The notes under the pieces were generated by a model. That model had not been told where the DNA came from, searched no databases, and was given only the letters and a program-made list of their open reading frames with translations. A stretch of DNA of 64,000 nucleotides from assembly GCA_013911415.1 (NCBI GenBank), contig JACETI010000008.1, positions 31,556-95,555 on the forward strand, written 5' to 3'. Each line of letters begins with the position of its first letter. The first letter of the stretch is position 1. This DNA is from Legionella sp. (GTDB lineage: Bacteria; Pseudomonadota; Gammaproteobacteria; Legionellales; Legionellaceae). Of this stretch, positions 59,237 to 64,000 are shown piece by piece. Both the position numbers and the translations under genes were made by a program.

Positions 59237-61976
59237 GGTCTTTCTCCACCAAACGAATATTCATGACATGAAATTCTTTTAAAACAGCGTCAATCGCTGC
59301 ATGCACTGTCTTTAATGAGGTTTGAATTTCTTCAAAACGATGAACCATCTTAGCTTGATTCTCGAGAGCACGCATCTCACGCTGTAAATCTGGAACACCA
59401 CAAAAACAACAAGCCCCATATAGCTTATGTGCAGCTTCACCAAGCGCGTTAAGGTTTTGAGCCGTTTCTGCGCGATTTAATTCTTCCCGAGAATTTCTCA
59501 ATTCTTCAATGAAATGGGATAAAAAAGTTTTCGCGCGCACCGGGTTACCGGAAGCCTTTTGTACGCAAAGGTTCCAGTCGATCGCAGAAGGCTTATCAAA
59601 TTTTACGACGCGTAATAAATAATGCAGTAATTGCTTCTCATCGATGGGCTTTTGTAAGTAAAAATTAACACCTACTTGTTGCAAACGATTTTCACTTAAA
59701 TAACTATCAGCGCTAATCACAAGAATAGGGGTCTGTTGATTGTACGTTGTCGATTCTCGAATACGCTTAGCAGCTTCTATCCCATTTAAATTAGGCATAT
59801 TAATGTCTAATAAAATAACATCAAAGGGATGCAATTGGCAGACGTTAACGGCTTCGATGCCATCTTGCACTGTCTCGATATTTGCTTGCTTACCTAATAA
59901 GGTAACTAAGAGCCTTGAGTTAAATGCGTTATCTTCTGCAATTAAAATGGAAGGTCTTAAGGAGGTCCATTGACGGCGCAAATCCTCCAATTCATGATCG
60001 CGCGTTAAAGGTGTCCCATACTGTAAAGAAGCCACGATTTCGTGCAGTTTCTGCACGCTCACTGGCTTCATCAAACAAGCATAAGAACCAAATACATTTG
60101 CGTCTTGTAAGGCTCCTTGAGCGGATAACATGCAAATGACTTTTTTATCATTTTGTTTTTCGATGATTTGAGCGACTTGTTCTTCCCAACCCAGTGGCAC
60201 ATGAATAAATACCCAGGTATCAGCGTTGGCTTCCTTGTAAGCTTGTTTCAATTCAGACCATTCTGTTACTCCTCGACAGTTCACACCAAGGTACTCCAAC
60301 CCCTTGCATAATGCTTCCACGCCTAAAGAACTTTCATCAAAACATAATGCATTTGCTAGCAGGGTTGGCATGCGATATTGTTCACTTTCTTGTATGCCCA
60401 TTAAGAATTTTTCAACCCTGATAACCACCGAAAACGTTGAGCCACCGTTTACAGCACTTTTTAAGTTAATGTACCCTTGCATCTGTTCAGCAAGCTTTTT
60501 ACAGATGACCAGTCCCAAACCAGAGCCCCCAAAACGACGCGCCACGCTTGGATCAACCTGATTAAACGCTTGGAAAAGTTTGGGTTGCGCTTCTTCAGGA
60601 ATGCCAACACCGGTATCGGTAATCGAAAAACAAAGTTGCAGGTCAGTCGCGGTCTCTTGTTCTATGTTTACCCGGATCAAAATATGGCCTTGATCGGTAA
60701 ACTTAATGGCATTGTTAACAAGATTGGTCGTAATTTGTTTGATGCGTAACGGGTCGCCCAGAACAGTACGTGGTACAACGAGTTCCGTTACCACCATTAA
60801 TTCCAGTCCTTTCTTATAAGCACTCGGTGCTGCTAGCGCTAACACTTCGTCCATACATGCTCGTATATCTAAAGGACGGCAATCTAAATGTAACTTACCC
60901 GCTTCCATTTTTGAGTAGTCAAGGACATCATTTATTACCATTAATAAATCTTGGGCTGAAGTTTTAATGGTCTTAACATAATCCCGTTGGAGGCTATCTA
61001 ATTTTGATTCCAGCAGTACCTGCGTAAAGCCGACTACTCCATTCATTGGATTACGAATCTCATGGCTTAAGTGAGCAATTAATTCAGACTTACTGCGCCA
61101 TTTTTCTTCATATTTTTTTCGTTCCAAGGTCTGTTGAATATTTTTTTCTTCCAGTAATTCCAAATGGCGATGAAGATCAGCTGTTGCTGTTTCAATTTGT
61201 GCATTTAAATCTCGAATAGTTTCTGTATATTGAGTTTGTAAATGCACAGCTCCTTGCTCTATGATTCCCAATTCCCCGCCACTGCTGACTGTAATCGGGG
61301 TATCGAACACGTCACTGAGGATGCGGTGCATACTGCGTCTTAAACGAGATATGGGTAAATAAATTTGTCGTGCTAAAAGATGGTGAATTGTTAAACTCAT
61401 TAAAATACCAAAAAGCGTAATAAAGATGGTGACAATATACATTTGGTATTTTTTGATTAAGGTGGATTGCGTATCAATATCTAGCGAAATCCACCCCAAT
61501 ATATCATCAGCTTCCACAGGAACAGTTGCCGCTCCTGAGGCTGCTTCACTTGAATAAATATTGAATTTTTGAATGGTGATGGCGCCTAGGAAATTAAGGG
61601 TATAAGGCTTTGTCTCACGGCTCTCGATGTAGTCACCTGAAAAGGCAGGGTATTTGAATAGCTTATGCATGGAGTGTTTGCCACCGCGGTAAGCAAGCAA
61701 TTTGCCCTGAGCATCGTAAAAAGCCAGCGCTTTGATTTCAGCATTGATGGTTGAGGCGTTAATTAATCCATGCAGTGTTTTAACATCGTGATACATGATG
61801 GCATATTGGGCAACGGGTAATAGCTGACGTATGTAAGCCTCCCCCAAGCGAAAAGTATGGTAATTTAAATCTTTGCTATATTGACCATTATAAAAAAAGG
61901 CAAAAAGTATAGCGACTAAGAAGACCGGAATTAAAGTGGTCATTCGTAGTTGGTATTTGATCCCGAGATTTTTCAT
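59229..61976 (-). CDS. Tripartite hybrid sensor kinase (GacS/BarA/LetS type)
   Basis: Two TM helices flanking a periplasmic loop, H-box SHEIRNPMNGV, N/G boxes (LVNNAIKFT, DTGVGI, GGSGLGL), receiver ILIAEDN...DVILLDINMPNLNG...K, and Hpt HKLYGACCFCG. The 3' end overlaps the pfk start by 8 nt. Confidence 0.85.
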   Translation of the reverse strand: MKNLGIKYQLRMTTLIPVFLVAILFAFFYNGQYSKDLNYHTFRLGEAYIRQLLPVAQYAIMYHDVKTLHGLINASTINAEIKALAFYDAQGKLLAYRGGKHSMHKLFKYPAFSGDYIESRETKPYTLNFLGAITIQKFNIYSSEAASGAATVPVEADDILGWISLDIDTQSTLIKKYQMYIVTIFITLFGILMSLTIHHLLARQIYLPISRLRRSMHRILSDVFDTPITVSSGGELGIIEQGAVHLQTQYTETIRDLNAQIETATADLHRHLELLEEKNIQQTLERKKYEEKWRSKSELIAHLSHEIRNPMNGVVGFTQVLLESKLDSLQRDYVKTIKTSAQDLLMVINDVLDYSKMEAGKLHLDCRPLDIRACMDEVLALAAPSAYKKGLELMVVTELVVPRTVLGDPLRIKQITTNLVNNAIKFTDQGHILIRVNIEQETATDLQLCFSITDTGVGIPEEAQPKLFQAFNQVDPSVARRFGGSGLGLVICKKLAEQMQGYINLKSAVNGGSTFSVVIRVEKFLMGIQESEQYRMPTLLANALCFDESSLGVEALCKGLEYLGVNCRGVTEWSELKQAYKEANADTWVFIHVPLGWEEQVAQIIEKQNDKKVICMLSAQGALQDANVFGSYACLMKPVSVQKLHEIVASLQYGTPLTRDHELEDLRRQWTSLRPSILIAEDNAFNSRLLVTLLGKQANIETVQDGIEAVNVCQLHPFDVILLDINMPNLNGIEAAKRIRESTTYNQQTPILVISADSYLSENRLQQVGVNFYLQKPIDEKQLLHYLLRVVKFDKPSAIDWNLCVQKASGNPVRAKTFLSHFIEELRNSREELNRAETAQNLNALGEAAHKLYGACCFCGVPDLQREMRALENQAKMVHRFEEIQTSLKTVHAAIDAVLKEFHVMNIRLVEKDHG

Positions 61977-61985
61977 GACTATAAT
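61957..61985 (+). promoter_or_regulatory. Candidate gltX promoter embedded in the 5' coding end of the sensor kinase gene
   Basis: TTGATC - 17 nt - TATAAT, followed by GGAG 6 nt before the ATG at 62009. The divergent intergenic space is only 32 bp. Confidence 0.5.
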
Positions 61986-62008
61986 GAATTCCTAACCATG
62001 GAGTTCAA

Positions 62009-63424
62009 ATGTTGGTAAGAACGCGCTTTGCCCCTAGTCCCACCGGATCGTTACATGTTGGTGGCGTCCGAACAGCTTTATTTGCTTGGTTATACGCAAG
62101 GCATTATAAAGGTGAATTCGTTTTACGTATAGAAGATACTGACCAAGAACGTTCAACCGCTGAATCGGTTCAAGCAATTCTTGATGGTATGGCTTGGCTG
62201 GGTTTAAATCCTGATGAAGGGCCTTTTTATCAAACACAGCGCTACGATCGATACAAAGAAATTGCACAAAAACTTTTAGGCACCGGTCACGCATACCGCT
62301 GCAGTTGTACAAAAGAAAGATTAGAAGACCTTCGTGAAAAACAGATGGCTAATAAAGATAAGCCTCGTTACGATGGCTGTTGCCGCGAAAAACAACTACC
62401 CCCCACCGATGAACCTCATGTGTTACGTTTTAAAAATCCATTGGAGGGGCAAGTCAGTTTTAAAGATCAGGTCTACGGTAACATTCATGTCAGCAACCAA
62501 GAATTAGATGATTTTATTTTAATCCGATCCGATGGCCACCCAACGTATAACTTTGCGGTTGTTATTGATGATTGGGATATGAAAATCACCCATGTCATTC
62601 GCGGAGATGATCATATCAATAACACCCCACGACAAATCAATCTCTTCAAAGCGTTAAATGCGCCTATACCTGTTTTTGCGCATTTGCCAATGATCCTTGG
62701 GGAAGATGGAAAACGTTTATCTAAACGTCATGGTGCCGTGAATGTTTTACAGTTCAAAGAAATGGGCATTCTTCCCAATGCTCTATTGAATTATCTTGTG
62801 CGCCTGGGCTGGGCACATGGGGATCAAGAGATCTTTAGCATTGATGAAATGATTCAATTCTTTACGTTAGATAAAGTTAGCCGAGGAGTTTCTAGCTTTA
62901 ATTATGAAAAACTTTATTGGTTAAACCAGCATTATCAACGATATGAACAACCGGAGTTAGTCAGTCAAGCGCTTCGTTTCCATTTAGAAGCCTTAGAGCT
63001 AAATATCGAAAATGGCCCGAATTTGACGCAACTAGTTCAAATTCAGGCGGAACGGTGTAAGACATTAAAAGAAATGGCGGAAAAGAGTTTATATTTTTTC
63101 CAAGAAAATATTGATTACGACCCTGCAGCTGTGAAGAAACATCTCCGTCCAGTAGTCCTTGCACCTCTAGAAACCTTATACCGCCAGTTTCAATCACTCA
63201 GTACTTGGGATAAAGATGCAGTACAAACTTGTATCAACGAAGTTTGCGCAGAATTTGATATCAGCATGGGTAAACTCGCACAACCTCTTCGCGTTGCAGT
63301 CACAGGTAGCTCTGCGTCTCCCTCAATTGATATGACCTTAACATTACTTGGCAAAAAGCGTGTACTTTCTCGTTTAGAAAAAAGCATTGCAAATTTGCAC
63401 GAGCGTTCGCAAAATCAAAATTAA
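62009..63424 (+). CDS. gltX: Glutamyl-tRNA synthetase
   Basis: RFAPSPTGSLHVGG (HIGH), YRCSCT...CC (Zn-binding type), KLSKRHG (KMSKS). Confidence 0.95.
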   Translation: MLVRTRFAPSPTGSLHVGGVRTALFAWLYARHYKGEFVLRIEDTDQERSTAESVQAILDGMAWLGLNPDEGPFYQTQRYDRYKEIAQKLLGTGHAYRCSCTKERLEDLREKQMANKDKPRYDGCCREKQLPPTDEPHVLRFKNPLEGQVSFKDQVYGNIHVSNQELDDFILIRSDGHPTYNFAVVIDDWDMKITHVIRGDDHINNTPRQINLFKALNAPIPVFAHLPMILGEDGKRLSKRHGAVNVLQFKEMGILPNALLNYLVRLGWAHGDQEIFSIDEMIQFFTLDKVSRGVSSFNYEKLYWLNQHYQRYEQPELVSQALRFHLEALELNIENGPNLTQLVQIQAERCKTLKEMAEKSLYFFQENIDYDPAAVKKHLRPVVLAPLETLYRQFQSLSTWDKDAVQTCINEVCAEFDISMGKLAQPLRVAVTGSSASPSIDMTLTLLGKKRVLSRLEKSIANLHERSQNQN

Positions 63425-63441
63425 TGTTTCTTAATGTCGTT

Positions 63442-63477
63442 AATACCATTGTTATATTCCACAAGAACAATGGTATT
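63442..63477 (+). terminator. Hairpin after gltX (12-bp perfect stem)
   Basis: AATACCATTGTT-(12 nt loop)-AACAATGGTATT, 18 nt after the stop. No strong T-run follows. Confidence 0.4.
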
Positions 63478-63623
63478 GCTTCTAACATTTGAGAAACTAA
63501 TTGCGCCAACCTTCAGGAAATGGTTTCACTCTTTTTTCTTCAGCTGTTGAATAAGAAAGTAGTTGATTCCATCTCGGCTTAAGTTTATTTTAACCGCACA
63601 ATATAATAACAAATAAAATAATT

Positions 63624-64000
63624 ATGCCTTTTAGCTCATTATTTAGCATTCCCAGATCTATTAGTGTTTACTTTCTCGCGCAAATCATAGGTTTACTCAC
63701 TTACAATATAATAAACAATATAATGAACTCCTCCAACGCTACACTTGGTACCGCTAATAATTCCGGAGTGAATAGTGCGTCAAATGAGCCAGCCACACAA
63801 GGTGATAGGACAACAAAGCACCTATTACTCGGCTTCTGTATAATGGTGATGATTATTCTCTTAATGCTTGAAAGAAGAGCTTCTGCACGCGCGGCTCTGC
63901 TTAGCGAAATAGCTCGCATCGCAACTCAATATCCTCAACTATTTGAAGCTTTGATTGCTGCTCAACAAAATCCTCCACAAGAGTTTCAGCTGGTTAGAGC
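63624..64000 (+). CDS. Partial ORF (at least 125 codons) running off the 3' window edge; not in the supplied track
   Basis: My own translation from the ATG at 63624: MPFSSLFSIPRSISVYFLAQIIGLLTYNIINNIMNSSNATLGTANNSGVNSASNEPATQGDRTTKHLLLGFCIMVMIILLMLERRASARAALLSEIARIATQYPQLFEALIAAQQNPPQEFQLVR, with no stop before nt 64000. Alternative start at 63723. Contains a TM helix. Confidence 0.35.
   Translation, partial: MPFSSLFSIPRSISVYFLAQIIGLLTYNIINNIMNSSNATLGTANNSGVNSASNEPATQGDRTTKHLLLGFCIMVMIILLMLERRASARAALLSEIARIATQYPQLFEALIAAQQNPPQEFQLVR

Noticed and set aside
63701-63919. 72-aa minus-strand ORF near the right edge.
   Set aside because: A longer open frame on the plus strand (63624 to the window end), with a TM helix and sensible composition, covers it.

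Overview
The window looks like a low-GC gammaproteobacterial chromosome segment. Its style is Legionellales (Legionella/Coxiella-like), but I cannot confirm the taxon without a search.

About two thirds is a recognisable housekeeping backbone:
- DNA, translation and related: dapB, ligA, rimK, obgE-rpmA-rplU, rplY-pth-ychF, ispB, epmA, gltX.
- Respiration and Fe-S: cytochrome-oxidase assembly genes (SURF1, ctaA, cyoE, SCO1) and sufBCDS-sufU.
- Envelope and transport: LPS glycosyltransferase plus O-antigen ligase, potABCD, an MCE (MlaE/MlaD/PqiC-like) module, and a type IV pilin.
- Other: an AddB-like nuclease, a phosphofructokinase, and a GacS/BarA/LetS-type hybrid sensor kinase.

At least ten visibly more AT-rich orphan genes are wedged into this backbone, often exactly at operon junctions. 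None has a mobile-element hallmark nearby: I saw no integrase, transposase, tRNA or long flanking repeat. Several orphans carry eukaryote-interaction or host-targeting signatures:
- ankyrin repeats;
- an Inc-like multi-TM protein;
- a macrodomain-like segment;
- two paralogous YopT-like (peptidase C58) Cys-His-Asp proteins;
- a CheD/CNF1-like Cys-His signature protein that ends in -CC;
- a 1270-aa protein with a Trp-anchored helical repeat array and a RelE/ParE-like C-terminus.

About half of the orphans have Glu-rich C-terminal tails, reminiscent of Dot/Icm (type IVB) secretion signals.

The most interesting loci in my reading:
- the C58 plus CheD-like neighbourhood (29.8-32.1 kb) and its C58 paralogue at 42.8-43.9 kb;
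- the giant repeat/RelE-like protein (54.1-57.9 kb);
- the macrodomain-like protein inserted into the cox-assembly cluster (15.9-18.5 kb);
- an ATPase-less, degenerate MCE module (36.8-39.2 kb);
- an orphan gene splitting the suf operon (47.1-47.9 kb).

I found no rRNA, tRNA, CRISPR array or IS element. All family calls rest on motifs I recognise by eye. No alignment, HMM or structure prediction was run.
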